Shown one piece after another: positions 1-9,757 of a stretch of DNA of 32,000 nt (position 1 is the stretch's first letter; each line of letters begins with the position of its first letter). The DNA is taken from NCBI RefSeq assembly GCF_000306885.1, contig NC_018267.1, forward strand, positions 840,001 to 872,000, read 5' to 3'. The translations under genes and the position numbers were made by a program. Source of the stretch: Wolbachia endosymbiont of Onchocerca ochengi (lineage in GTDB: Bacteria > Pseudomonadota > Alphaproteobacteria > Rickettsiales > Anaplasmataceae). The notes under the pieces were generated by a model. The model was given only the letters and a program-made list of their open reading frames with translations, was not told where the DNA came from and ran no database searches.

Positions 1-978
1 ATCACAACGCATTATCCCGCCAAATATGTTAACTAAAATTCCTCTTACGTTACTATCAGACAATATAATCCTAAATGCTTTGGTAACAGCTTCCTTATTT
101 GCTCCACCGCCAACGTCTAAAAAGTTGGCTGGCTTTGCTCCGTAGTACTTTATTATATCCATTGTTGCCATAGCAAGACCTGCACCATTCACCATGCAAC
201 CAATATTGCCATCCATTTTTATATAACTAAGCCCATGTTTTGAGGCTTCTATTTCTTCCTTTACTTCTTCATCATAATCACGGAGTTGCGCAATTTCTGG
301 ATGACGGTATAAAGCATTGTCATCAAAATCAATCTTTGCATCGAGCGCAACAAAATCTCTAGAATCTGTCTCAGCTAGTGGATTAATCTCTATTTGATTT
401 GCGTCAGTTGCAATAAATGCATTATATACACTTTTTGCAACACTTGTTATTTTTTTTATTTGTTCTGGACTTAAATTAAGACTACTGCTTAACTTTCTAC
501 TATCAAAACTTGCAAAACCAGAAGCAGGACTAATATCGAGCTTCACTATTTTCATAGGAGAGCTCTTCGCAACTTTTTCAATATCCATTCCACCTTCTGA
601 AGAAAATATGAATGTTGGCCTGCTAAGTTTTAGATCAACTACTAAACCTAAATAATACTCTTTCTTAATAGTTGAACCCTCTTCAATGTAAACCCTTTTT
701 ACTTGCTGCCCACTTGGCCCTGTTTGATGAGTTAGCAAAGTCATACCAATCATATCCTTCACAAGCTGTTGAGCTTCTTCAGTTGACTTTGCCAGTCTTA
801 CACCGCCAGCTTTGCCCCTTCCACCTGCATGAATCTGAGCTTTAACTACAAGTATGTCAGACTTCAGTTGATTTATTTTAGTCTCTATTCCTTCTGCAGA
901 CGTAGTAACAAAACCGCTTAAAACTGGAACATTAAATTTACGTAAGATCTCTTTTGCTTGATATTCATGAACATTCAT
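1..978 (-). CDS. sucC: Succinyl-CoA ligase (ADP-forming) beta subunit; C-terminus runs off the window
   Basis: Minus-strand translation from the ATG (complement of 976-978) reads [19 protein letters not shown]. The codons at the window edge read ...[14 protein letters not shown] in frame to position 1. Both are hallmark SucC sequences. The ORF track omits it because no stop lies inside the window. Confidence 0.9.
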   Translation of the reverse strand, partial: MNVHEYQAKEILRKFNVPVLSGFVTTSAEGIETKINQLKSDILVVKAQIHAGGRGKAGGVRLAKSTEEAQQLVKDMIGMTLLTHQTGPSGQQVKRVYIEEGSTIKKEYYLGLVVDLKLSRPTFIFSSEGGMDIEKVAKSSPMKIVKLDISPASGFASFDSRKLSSSLNLSPEQIKKITSVAKSVYNAFIATDANQIEINPLAETDSRDFVALDAKIDFDDNALYRHPEIAQLRDYDEEVKEEIEASKHGLSYIKMDGNIGCMVNGAGLAMATMDIIKYYGAKPANFLDVGGGANKEAVTKAFRIILSDSNVRGILVNIFGGIMRCD

Positions 979-1005
979 AAAACAACCAATATAAACTATT
1001 AAAAA

Positions 1006-1206
1006 TTATAAACCATAACGCTGTCTTCTACTCTCTTGTTGGCGCCTTTTTTTTTTAACTTCAGCTTTCTTTTTAGCTCTTACTTCTGATTTCTTTTCAT
1101 GATATTGTTTTTTTATTTTTACCCCTCTTCCTTCTTTCTGAATTGTTTTTTTTAATATTGGAAAAGCCCTACTTACATCACCATAATGAACTGATACTTC
1201 AATCAA
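1006..1206 (-). CDS. rpsU: 30S ribosomal protein S21
   Basis: 66-aa, very basic ORF (MIEVSVHYGDVSRAFPILKKTIQKEG...RRQRYGL) typical of S21. TTG start preceded by AAGGGG. Confidence 0.9.
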   Translation of the reverse strand: MIEVSVHYGDVSRAFPILKKTIQKEGRGVKIKKQYHEKKSEVRAKKKAEVKKKRRQQESRRQRYGL

Positions 1207-1400
1207 ACTCTACCCCTTGGATAATTACCTCAAAAACCTACTTGTAAATTAGAAAATTAACATTGTCAATTATTTTATAAACTCAAGCATTAAGTTATAA
1301 CATAACTGAACGTTAAATTCTGACTACTAAGAACATCAAAGTCTTTTAACTTACTGTGTATAAAACTATCTCACACTGGAACAATAAGGGTAGGCCAATA

Positions 1401-1904
1401 TTAGTTAAAATTCTCATTACTTATGGTATCTTTTTGTTGTTGACTCTGTTGTTTATACATAGCTTCAAAATCTATAGGATCCAATATAAGAGAAGGAAAC
1501 CCACCACTACTTGTAACCCGTGCAATTATTTCCCTTGCAAAAGGAAAAAGAAAAGTAGGCCCACCTATAAATAAAGCTTGTCTAGCCCCCTCTGCACTTA
1601 GCTTTGCTGAGTTTTCTATTGAAAAAAGACCACAGTATTTCGTTTCACAAATAAAAGCAACACTATCTTTCATACTTTCACTCTCTATCACTGCTTTGAC
1701 TTCTATATGCAAAGTAACTTCATGGAAAGATTTTTCTTCATCATTTTCTTCGTTACTTTCAGCTCCTTTCAACTTCACTGAATTGACATTAACCATTACA
1801 TTAATACTGGGAGCTTCCTTTAAAGAAAGGAATGGTGAATTCGGGTTTTCAAACGATAGATCCTTAATATATTGGCCATGAATTTTTATTTTGTACTGTG
1901 ACAT
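1401..1904 (-). CDS. secB: Protein-export chaperone SecB
   Basis: 167 aa starting MSQYKIKIHGQYIKDLSFENPNSP, with ...LFPFAREIIARVTSSGGFP..., matching the SecB family pattern. GGAGG RBS about 9 nt upstream of the ATG at 1904. Confidence 0.9.
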   Translation of the reverse strand: MSQYKIKIHGQYIKDLSFENPNSPFLSLKEAPSINVMVNVNSVKLKGAESNEENDEEKSFHEVTLHIEVKAVIESESMKDSVAFICETKYCGLFSIENSAKLSAEGARQALFIGGPTFLFPFAREIIARVTSSGGFPSLILDPIDFEAMYKQQSQQQKDTISNENFN

Positions 1905-1994
1905 TTCTTACGCCTCCATAATTAAGTTGAAGTATTTAACGTTTTCTTCTACAATATAGTCATTTATAGATAAATAGTAAATCCAAATCGCAGA

Positions 1995-2023
1995 TTGACA
2001 TAGAACAAGCACACTTTTATTAA
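1995..2023 (+). promoter_or_regulatory. Candidate sigma70-type promoter for the Tim44-like/dnaQ/SCO1 gene string
   Basis: TTGACA (1995-2000), 17-nt spacer, TATTAA (2018-2023), lying 47 nt upstream of ATG 2071. AAGGAG RBS at 2055-2060. -10-like hexamers are frequent in AT-rich DNA, so only the perfect -35 with correct spacing carries weight. Confidence 0.3.
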
Positions 2024-2070
2024 TAATTAATAATGTTCAGGTACTTTACATGCTAAGGAGTTGAATTACT

Positions 2071-2736
2071 ATGATAGAGCTTGTAATATATGCTTTATTA
2101 GCGGCATTCATTTTTTCGCGATTATATAACTCTTTAGGAAGGTTAACAAACTCAAACTTAAGAAAATTAACTAATGTACTTGATATAAGCCAAAGTAACA
2201 AAGACGTAGCAGAAGACATTGAAGACTACATCAATAGTAACGACAAAAACTCAATAAAAGCCACTTACAAACAAATATTACAAAAAAATAAAGATTTCTC
2301 CATTTCCCATTTTATGGAAGGTTCAAGTATAGCTTTTGAACTAATAATAAAGTATTTTAATCAGGGGAATCTACTTAAGCTAAAACCTCTCTTAGATAAA
2401 GGCTTATATAATAACTTTGCAGAGAAAATTAGACATCGTAAGGAAACACATGAATCTATAATTGTTTCCATTACTTCACAAAAGATTTTAGAAATAAAAC
2501 TAGTGAAAAACGTAGTGTTTATCACAGTGTATTTTCTTTCAGAGCAAATTAATTTTGTTAAGGATGATAATGGAAATATTGTATCAGGTAGCACATCAAC
2601 GATTAATAGAGTTGAGGATATGTGGCAATTCAAAAAAAATATCAATTCATCAGATCCAAGCTGGCTGCTTGTTTCTATTAACTACAATAAAGACAATTAT
2701 GATAATGATCCAATAACAAATGGTAAACAAGACTAG
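2071..2736 (+). CDS. Tim44-like domain protein (alphaproteobacterial Tim44 homologue), N-terminal membrane anchor
   Basis: 221 aa. Hydrophobic N-terminus MIELVIYALLAAFIFSRLY. The C-terminal region with ...WQFKKNINSSDPSWLLVSI resembles the Tim44 C-terminal fold signature. It is divergent from secB, a neighbourhood I recall as common in alphaproteobacteria. Confidence 0.7.
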   Translation: MIELVIYALLAAFIFSRLYNSLGRLTNSNLRKLTNVLDISQSNKDVAEDIEDYINSNDKNSIKATYKQILQKNKDFSISHFMEGSSIAFELIIKYFNQGNLLKLKPLLDKGLYNNFAEKIRHRKETHESIIVSITSQKILEIKLVKNVVFITVYFLSEQINFVKDDNGNIVSGSTSTINRVEDMWQFKKNINSSDPSWLLVSINYNKDNYDNDPITNGKQD

Positions 2737-2754
2737 TATTGTTTAAAGTTAATC

Positions 2755-3450
2755 ATGAAAAGTAAGCTGCGTGAAATAGTACTTGATATTGAAACTACAG
2801 GCCTTGATATTGAATTTGGCCACCGGATTATTGAAATAGGGTGTATAGAATTGATTAATCGAGTCCCAACAGGCAAAGTATTCCATCAGTATTTTAACCC
2901 AGAAAGGGATGTACCTTATCACTCATTTAAGATTCATGGCATTAGTGAAGAATTTTTGGAAGATAAGCCATTATTTTCAGATGTCGTACTTGAATTTCTT
3001 GACTTTATATCTACCGATATTTTAATAATTCATAACGCTGAATTTGATATTAAGTTTCTTAATATGGAACTTAGTAAACTAAATACCGGATTAATTTCTT
3101 CGGACAGAGTGTTGGATACATTACCACTTGCAAGAAAAAAGTTTGCAGGTTCACCCGCATCTTTAAGTGCATTATGTAAGCGTTTTAATATATCGCTAAA
3201 GGACAGAGAATTACACGGAGCACTAATTGATGCTCAGCTGCTTGCAAAAGTTTATGTTGAGCTTACAGGAGGGTTACAAACTTTCTTATTTGATAATCAG
3301 TGCAAGCAAGATAATAATTCCACAGTCATTTACCGTAAAATACGTGATTTATCTCGTAGGAAACACTCACCAAGCAATGAAGAAATTAATGAACATAGAA
3401 AACTGTTGGATAAAATTAACAACCCACTTTGGAAAGAACATATTGAATAA
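2755..3450 (+). CDS. dnaQ: DNA polymerase III epsilon subunit (3'-5' proofreading exonuclease)
   Basis: DEDDh exonuclease motifs are visible: ExoI VLDIETTG, ExoII IIHNAEFD, ExoIII HGALIDAQLLAKVY. Confidence 0.9.
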   Translation: MKSKLREIVLDIETTGLDIEFGHRIIEIGCIELINRVPTGKVFHQYFNPERDVPYHSFKIHGISEEFLEDKPLFSDVVLEFLDFISTDILIIHNAEFDIKFLNMELSKLNTGLISSDRVLDTLPLARKKFAGSPASLSALCKRFNISLKDRELHGALIDAQLLAKVYVELTGGLQTFLFDNQCKQDNNSTVIYRKIRDLSRRKHSPSNEEINEHRKLLDKINNPLWKEHIE

Positions 3451-3493
3451 GTTGGCTAACAAGATATAATCTTATTTTATTTAAGGTGTTCTA

Positions 3494-4108
3494 ATGATAA
3501 AGTTTGTAAGATTATTATCTACCATGCTAATAGTATTAGCAGTTATTTTTCTTAGTTATTGTTATTTCACCAAAAAAGGCATATTTGCTCCAATAGTTAT
3601 TCACAAAGCAGAAGTTAAAATAGGGGGAGATTTTGTTCTGATTAATCAAGATAATCAAATTATACGCAGTAATGATTTTAAAGATAAATATATGATGATT
3701 TTTTTCGGGTTTTCTTCATGCAAAAAGGTTTGTCCCATGAATCTTGGAATAATCTCGGAGGTACTTGCAAAACTAGATGAGAAAACCAATAAAAAGCTAC
3801 AAACATTTTTTATAACAGTTGACCCTGAACGGGATAATACAGAAAAACTTAAAGAATTCCAACAGCAATTTGACCATAGAATACAAATGTTAACTGGTGA
3901 AAGAGAAAAAATAGATGAGGTAATCACGAGTTATAAAGTATACACCAGCAAAATTGGTGAAGAAGAGGAAATCAACCATTCTTCGATAATATATCTCATT
4001 GGTCCTGGAGGAAAATATGCTACGCACTTTGTAGCTGACCTAAACTCAGACGAAAGTCAATCTGATAAGATTGTAGCTGAAATTAAGAAACATATAAATG
4101 AACCATAA
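3494..4108 (+). CDS. SCO1/SenC family copper chaperone (cytochrome oxidase assembly)
   Basis: 204 aa with an N-terminal TM anchor, a thioredoxin-like CxxxC copper site (FGFSSCKKVCP), and a conserved downstream H (EINHSSIIYLIGP). Confidence 0.85.
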   Translation: MIKFVRLLSTMLIVLAVIFLSYCYFTKKGIFAPIVIHKAEVKIGGDFVLINQDNQIIRSNDFKDKYMMIFFGFSSCKKVCPMNLGIISEVLAKLDEKTNKKLQTFFITVDPERDNTEKLKEFQQQFDHRIQMLTGEREKIDEVITSYKVYTSKIGEEEEINHSSIIYLIGPGGKYATHFVADLNSDESQSDKIVAEIKKHINEP

Positions 4109-4178
4109 GATTCTCTTGCTTAAAATTGTACACTAAGTTCAAGATAATTAGTATTTAAAATCAGAGGTATAGATAGGT

Positions 4179-5429
4179 TCATTTACCGATATAGAGTTGT
4201 CTTGGTCTACAAACCTTAGTTTCCCTGTCACTCATCATTTCATACCATTGAGTAACCCATCCAGTGGTTCTTGAAAGGGCAAAAATAGGCGTGAACATAT
4301 TTGAAGGAATATTAATAGCATTCATTATTATGCCTGAGTAAAAATCAACATTAGGATACAACTTACGCACAATAAAATACTCATCCTTTAAAGCCATTTC
4401 TCCAAGCCTCTTTGCAACCTTAAGTAGTTCATTATTTTGTTCAAGCTTATCTAAAATTTCATCACAAGTATCTTTTAATATGCGTGCACGTGGATCGTAA
4501 TTTTTATAAACACGATGTCCAAACCCCATCAATCTAAATGGATCTTTATCATCTCTAGCTTTTTCAATAAATTTATCTATATCTCCACTTTGTCTTATTT
4601 CTTCTAACATATTTATAGTTGCCTCATTAGCACCACCATGTGCTGGTCCCCAAAGTGTAGCAACTCCTGCAGATAGACTCGCTAATAAATTAGAACCAGC
4701 AGATCCTACTAATCTGACAGCTGTTGTAGAAGCATTTTGCTCATGGTCAGCATGAAGAGTAAATATTTTATCGAGAGCTCTTGCAAAAAGAGTGCCCCTA
4801 TCGTTATTAAAAGCATCGCCGAACATCATCCTCAAGAAATTTTCACTATAGTTTAATTCATTATTGGTATTTATAAATGCCTGATCGTTTATATACCTAT
4901 ATATCATTGCAACAATTACAGGAATCTGGGCTATTGCAGAGATTCCAAAATTCAGGTCTTCATTATTAATATTAGTACCATGTTTTTCATAGTACAATGC
5001 TGACAAACTTGCAAAACATGCAATCAAAATTGACATAGGATGAGCAGTTTTTGGAAATGCTTTAATTACATCAATAACCTGTTCCGGCACTTTAGATAAC
5101 TCTTTTATTTTTAGAAGAAACGTTCTGTGTTGACTTGAACTAGGTAATTTACCATAAAGCAATAGATAAATTACAGCAGTAAAATCATTATTCTCTGTTA
5201 AATCAGCTATATCATGTCCCCTATATCTAAGGACTCCTTTATCTCCATCAATAAATGTAATTGCAGAAGAACACGAAGATGTGGAAATAAACCCTGGATC
5301 ATAAGTGAATAGCCCTGTTGCCTTATATAAATCCTTAATATTTAACACATCAGGGCCTATTGTTCCACTTAATATGGGTAGCTCAACCTTTAACCCATTG
5401 TTTAATTCTAATAACGCTTTTTTATCCAT
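4179..5429 (-). CDS. gltA: Citrate synthase
   Basis: Citrate synthase signatures are present: GPAHGGANE, MGFGHRVYKNYDPRA, DFYSGI. The ORF track starts at a TTG (5444). The ATG at 5429 (MDKKALLEL...) looks the more likely start. Confidence 0.95.
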   Translation of the reverse strand: MDKKALLELNNGLKVELPILSGTIGPDVLNIKDLYKATGLFTYDPGFISTSSCSSAITFIDGDKGVLRYRGHDIADLTENNDFTAVIYLLLYGKLPSSSQHRTFLLKIKELSKVPEQVIDVIKAFPKTAHPMSILIACFASLSALYYEKHGTNINNEDLNFGISAIAQIPVIVAMIYRYINDQAFINTNNELNYSENFLRMMFGDAFNNDRGTLFARALDKIFTLHADHEQNASTTAVRLVGSAGSNLLASLSAGVATLWGPAHGGANEATINMLEEIRQSGDIDKFIEKARDDKDPFRLMGFGHRVYKNYDPRARILKDTCDEILDKLEQNNELLKVAKRLGEMALKDEYFIVRKLYPNVDFYSGIIMNAINIPSNMFTPIFALSRTTGWVTQWYEMMSDRETKVCRPRQLYIGK

Positions 5430-5507
5430 AACCCGGTCTATCAAATTTTATATAAAGCATGCAAACTAAAAAGTATATATAACTTGGTTAACTTTAGATT
5501 AATCGCA

Positions 5508-5777
5508 TTAAACAGTCATTAATGCTTTTACTTTTGCATTCAAGCGACTTATTTTACGCGCAGCAGTATTCTTATGAAGAACACCTTTATTTACACACTT
5601 GTGCAAATTAGATTCAGCGTTTCGAAATGCTAAAATGACATTTTCTTTATCACCAGACTTAATTATATCAACTAATTTTTTAATAGCAGTGCGAGTTTTG
5701 CTTTTACGAATTTTATTTACTAAAGTGCGTTTTGCTATTACCTTTACCATTTTTTTAGCACTCTTATGATTTGCCAT
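5508..5777 (-). CDS. rpsT: 30S ribosomal protein S20
   Basis: 89 aa starting MANHKSAKKMVKVIAKRTLVNK, with ...HKNTAARKISRL, the canonical S20 pattern. Confidence 0.95.
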   Translation of the reverse strand: MANHKSAKKMVKVIAKRTLVNKIRKSKTRTAIKKLVDIIKSGDKENVILAFRNAESNLHKCVNKGVLHKNTAARKISRLNAKVKALMTV

Positions 5778-5806
5778 ATATTAAGACCTAAAACACTGTA
5801 TTTTTT

Positions 5807-6550
5807 TTATTGTAAATACTTTTCAGTAATTTGCAATACCAGTTTTCTTGTGGCCAATTTACTACTTTTTCCTTCAATAGTTTTTTTTAAATTTTTCAAG
5901 AATTCGCCTTTGCTTAATCCAGGATATATTGGAGGCAATATTTCTATTACTGCCTTTCCAGGATTTTTTCTCATAGAAAGTATGCTCTTTGGCCAAAATA
6001 AACCAGTATTTAAAGCAACTGGCAATACAGGAACAGATAATACACTATATAAAGCAACTACCCCTGATTGATATTTCGTCTTTTGCTTTGCAACTGTTCT
6101 GGTGCCTTCAGGAAATATGATTATGTTCCTATTTTCTTTCACACGTAACTTAGCTAACTTAACAATATAGCGTATAGAACTGATACCATCTGAGCGATTG
6201 ATAAAAATCATTCCAAGTGCCATGAGGTGCAAGCCAATAAATGGAATCCATTTCAGTTCACGTTTTAAAACAAAAACTGCATTTCTAAATAAAAGCATAA
6301 AAATAAATGTCTCAAACGGAGATTGATGCTTAGAAGCTATTATGAAGGGCTGCTTTGGAACGTTTTCCATTCCCCTAATTTCATATTCAACACCACATAG
6401 TAAACGAAGCATGTATAATACAATCTTTATTGAGAAGGTAAGAAAAATAGTTACTACATGTGTAGGAAAAAAGAGTATGGGAAGAGTAACTAAAGTATAA
6501 AGCACCTCCCATAATATAAGAAAAAAATTAAATAACAAACTTGAAGTCAC
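5807..6550 (-). CDS. plsC: 1-acyl-sn-glycerol-3-phosphate acyltransferase
   Basis: Acyltransferase motif I (SKHQSPFET, an HX4D/E type) and motif III (IFPEGTR), plus an N-terminal membrane segment. Confidence 0.85.
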   Translation of the reverse strand: MTSSLLFNFFLILWEVLYTLVTLPILFFPTHVVTIFLTFSIKIVLYMLRLLCGVEYEIRGMENVPKQPFIIASKHQSPFETFIFMLLFRNAVFVLKRELKWIPFIGLHLMALGMIFINRSDGISSIRYIVKLAKLRVKENRNIIIFPEGTRTVAKQKTKYQSGVVALYSVLSVPVLPVALNTGLFWPKSILSMRKNPGKAVIEILPPIYPGLSKGEFLKNLKKTIEGKSSKLATRKLVLQITEKYLQ

Positions 6551-6605
6551 AAATCCAGATGAATTTATTTAAGTCTAACTCTACTACAAACTTAAAACAA
6601 CAAGT

Positions 6606-7592
6606 TTAACTATTGATTACCTGAGTAATAGGATGCAAATCAGCTAATTCAGCTTTCAATTCTTTATTAGTAATGTGAGTATATATTTGTGCTGTAGAAA
6701 GGTTAGTATGACCAAGAACTCTTTGTATCAGTGTAATGCTTGCTCCACTATCGAGTAAATGAGTAGCAAAAGAATGCCTAATTACATGCGGAGAGATTTT
6801 ACTTTCATCAATATTACATTTTCTCGCCAATTCCTTAATTAATTGACCGATTCTCTGCTTGTAATCTGCCTATTGGGTTTATTACCTGTGGAAATAACCA
6901 ATCAGATTCCTTATCTCCAAGTATTAGGTTGTGACGAACTAATAAATAATTTTTAAGGCTTTTTAGTGCTTGTTCCTTAAAAAGGATTCTCCTTTCTTTA
7001 CCACTTTTTCCTTTTATGATTATGTAACATTCTTTATCACTATTGTTTACTAAATGTAACACTTCACATAACTTTATATTAATCAGTTCAGTAATACGCA
7101 TACCAGAAGAGTAAAGGATATCTAAAATGGTACATGATCTCCTATTGCTTATCTCTTTATTTGATCTGCTTACTGATTTTCTGACTGTGTTCATTAGTAA
7201 AAGCATTTCCCCAACACTCAAATACTTTAGTAAAGGACGAGAAACTCTTGGATTTTTTAATTCATCATCACTAGCCAGAGCTGGATTGAAGTCTATTATT
7301 GTATCATTAAATAGGCACTTATAAAAATTTTTCATAACAGATATTTTTCTTATATAGAACTACTTTTATATTTCTTTTGTATACTTAGATACCTAACATA
7401 ATCTTTAATATTAGCTTTGCTTGCACTAATTAAAGTAGTACCACTTTTAAATAAAAAACTCTCAAGTTAAAGTAAATCTGAACAATAACTTTCTAAAGTA
7501 TTTTGCATAGCAGATCTTTTTGATACCAAAGCATCTATATAATACGTTATGTAAAGGTTTCCTTTTTTACCCTGCAACTGTTTACTCTGCAT
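6606..7592 (-). pseudogene. xerC/xerD-family tyrosine recombinase, disrupted by an in-frame stop and at least two frame changes
   Basis: Four collinear pieces on the minus strand. (A) 7592-7470: MQSKQLQGKKGNLYITYYIDALVSKRSAMQNTLESYCSDLL, ended by TAA (7467-7469). (B) 7466-7353, same frame: LESFLFKSGTTLISASKANIKDYVRYLSIQKKYKSSSI, ended by TAA (7350-7352). (C) 7335-6835, shifted frame: ...ILDILYSSGMRITELINIKL...IIKGKSGKERRILF...DWLFPQ. (D) 6830-6606, third frame: ISPHVIRHSFATHLLDSGASITLIQRVLGHTNLSTAQIYTHI, carrying the catalytic R-H-x-x-R/H...Y box. Joined, these span a full-length Xer protein. I cannot tell XerC from XerD by eye. Confidence 0.8.
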
Positions 7593-7752
7593 TATTAGCC
7601 TCTATATTTATTTCTTTGACTACAGTTTGATTAGAAATGTTACTCATATTTTTTATTAGGAAATACGAGATAAATAAAGCATTTACTAATATTATAAGTA
7701 CAATAAACTTTCGTCTTAATTTTTTTTTCAGACTTGATCTTACTTTTACCAT
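7582..7752 (-). CDS. Hypothetical 56-aa single-pass membrane protein (unverified small ORF)
   Basis: ATG (complement of 7750-7752) to TAA (7582-7584): MVKVRSSLKKKLRRKFIVLIILVNALFISYFLIKNMSNISNQTVVKEINIEANNAE. Basic N-terminus followed by one hydrophobic helix. The stop overlaps the ancestral xer ATG by 11 nt. I recognise no homology, and an ORF this short can occur by chance. Confidence 0.2.
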   Translation of the reverse strand: MVKVRSSLKKKLRRKFIVLIILVNALFISYFLIKNMSNISNQTVVKEINIEANNAE

Positions 7753-7915
7753 AGTTAAATTATAACATTCAAATCTATAGAAAATACCTTATAAACTACC
7801 ATAATAACTATCCCTTGATCATATCTAATTATATCTATATTAAAATGATAATTTTCTATAGCACTAATGTGATTAAGTGGTGGCTCATTTACAGAGCATA
7901 GATGTTAATAAATTC

Positions 7916-8569
7916 TTAATATATATGATAATCGCTCTTTTTTAGTAAAGTACTAACAAAAGGAATGGTAATATTTGATCCCATAGATTCATTATCTATT
8001 CTCTCCATAATTTTATTAACACTATGAAAAGAACGTTCTATTCTTGCTAAAATATAATCAATCACTCTCAAATTAACCCTCATTTGTTTATCTGAAAATC
8101 GTTTTACCAACATAATTCGCAACAGTTCTTCGCTTGCAGGTGGAATTTTCACACTGGTAGTTGATAGTACACGAGAACTTAAATCTTTTAATTTTAAATT
8201 AAGTTTTTTTGGTGAAGATGAAGAAGTAATAAGTAGTCTTTTGTTATTTTCTTTCATATAGTTGTAACAATGTAACAACATTGCTTGATCTTGAACATTT
8301 TGTACATCTTCTAAAATAAAAGCATTGCTATATCTCATCTCATTTACAAAATTATTTACATTGATAAAAATTGCATTATTTATCGATCGCCAGATGTGAG
8401 CAAGATGAGTCTTACCAGAACCTTTAGGTCCAAAGAGAATCATACATTTCCAAGACAGATCATCAATTACTGAATTGTACACATGCTTATTTTCACCTAA
8501 AACAATAAAATTTTGCCAACTATAATCAGTTTGATTATTGCTAAATAAATTTAATTGCATACTAAACAT
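7916..8569 (-). CDS. hda: DnaA-related AAA+ protein (Hda-like regulatory inactivator of DnaA)
   Basis: 217 aa with Walker A ILFGPKGSGKTHLAHIW and Walker B-like FILEDVQ. Size and layout match Hda rather than DnaA, since there is no DNA-binding domain IV. An alternative ATG lies at 8560. Confidence 0.7.
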   Translation of the reverse strand: MFSMQLNLFSNNQTDYSWQNFIVLGENKHVYNSVIDDLSWKCMILFGPKGSGKTHLAHIWRSINNAIFINVNNFVNEMRYSNAFILEDVQNVQDQAMLLHCYNYMKENNKRLLITSSSSPKKLNLKLKDLSSRVLSTTSVKIPPASEELLRIMLVKRFSDKQMRVNLRVIDYILARIERSFHSVNKIMERIDNESMGSNITIPFVSTLLKKSDYHIY

Positions 8570-8683
8570 AACCCCTACACCTCTGACAGTGAGTTTTGTG
8601 TTAAAATTTGCTTATTCTTGTTATGTATAAATAATATTTTAAAGTCCATGTTCTTCATTATCATAAGTTATATAAAAAATCTG

Positions 8684-9757
8684 TTAACCACCCTTATAAA
8701 ACTCACTTTGAAGATATATATCTATTGCATATCTTATTGATACATTAATAATCGCTATTATTGGAATAAAAAGTAATATACCTATCAACCCAAAATATGA
8801 AGCACATGTAGTTACTCCAAGGATAATTACAGCTGGATATATATGAACTTTTTTCCCTATTAATAAAGGAATTAGTATGTTCGCATCTATTAACTGTCCA
8901 ACACTAAATAATGCTAAAACAGCAGCGCTTTTGAACCACCCACTGAATTGAGCAATAGCACTCAAAAACCCAATAATAGTATATATTAATGGCCCTATAT
9001 AAGGTATAAATGTTAATATTCCTGATAAAATTCCAATAGCAACAGGATGTTTCAACCCGATTATACTAAGACCTATAGAATAAAAGGCCATCATAACAAC
9101 GCATATGTTTACCTGCCCTTTTAGGTAATTAAGTATAATAAAATCTACTTTTGAAAAAAAAACTGCAACTTTTTCTTTATAAGGAACAGGAACTAATTCA
9201 CTAATCTTTATTATAATTAGAGGCCAATCACGCAATATATAGAAAAACATTACCGGAATAATTACTACCAATGATACTACATGAATTAAGTTAAAGCTTG
9301 AGCTTAACACCTGGACAATAAAATTACCTATAATACCAAAAGCGTTTATAGAATAAGATATATAATCGCCGCAATTTTTTACTAGATTTTCAGATAAGTG
9401 ATCAAACAAACCATCTCCTACTTTTATATTAAGAAACTCTAATGCAGATGAGATACCTTTAAGGTTTAAGAAAGGTGCTTTACTGATTAAAAAATTTAAT
9501 ATCGAAGTAATTTGAACATATATAATAGGTAAAACAAATGTAACAATTAATACAAGAACCAGCAGTAGCACAAATATTATAAAAATTACAGAATATAGGC
9601 GCGGTATTTTATGCTTTTCAAACTTTACTACTAGCGGATTGAATAAATATGCTACAACAATAGATATTAAGCATGGAAAAATCATAGGGTACACTAAGAA
9701 TAACGTGCCAATTATAGGAGGTAGTGCAAGACAAATAGATATATGAAGTTTTTGCAT
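8684..9757 (-). CDS. AI-2E family transporter (PerM/YhhT-like permease)
   Basis: 357-aa polytopic membrane protein. The C-terminal half carries the family-typical IPYIGP...(G)xLLFIPI pattern. Confidence 0.8.
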   Translation of the reverse strand: MQKLHISICLALPPIIGTLFLVYPMIFPCLISIVVAYLFNPLVVKFEKHKIPRLYSVIFIIFVLLLVLVLIVTFVLPIIYVQITSILNFLISKAPFLNLKGISSALEFLNIKVGDGLFDHLSENLVKNCGDYISYSINAFGIIGNFIVQVLSSSFNLIHVVSLVVIIPVMFFYILRDWPLIIIKISELVPVPYKEKVAVFFSKVDFIILNYLKGQVNICVVMMAFYSIGLSIIGLKHPVAIGILSGILTFIPYIGPLIYTIIGFLSAIAQFSGWFKSAAVLALFSVGQLIDANILIPLLIGKKVHIYPAVIILGVTTCASYFGLIGILLFIPIIAIINVSIRYAIDIYLQSEFYKGG

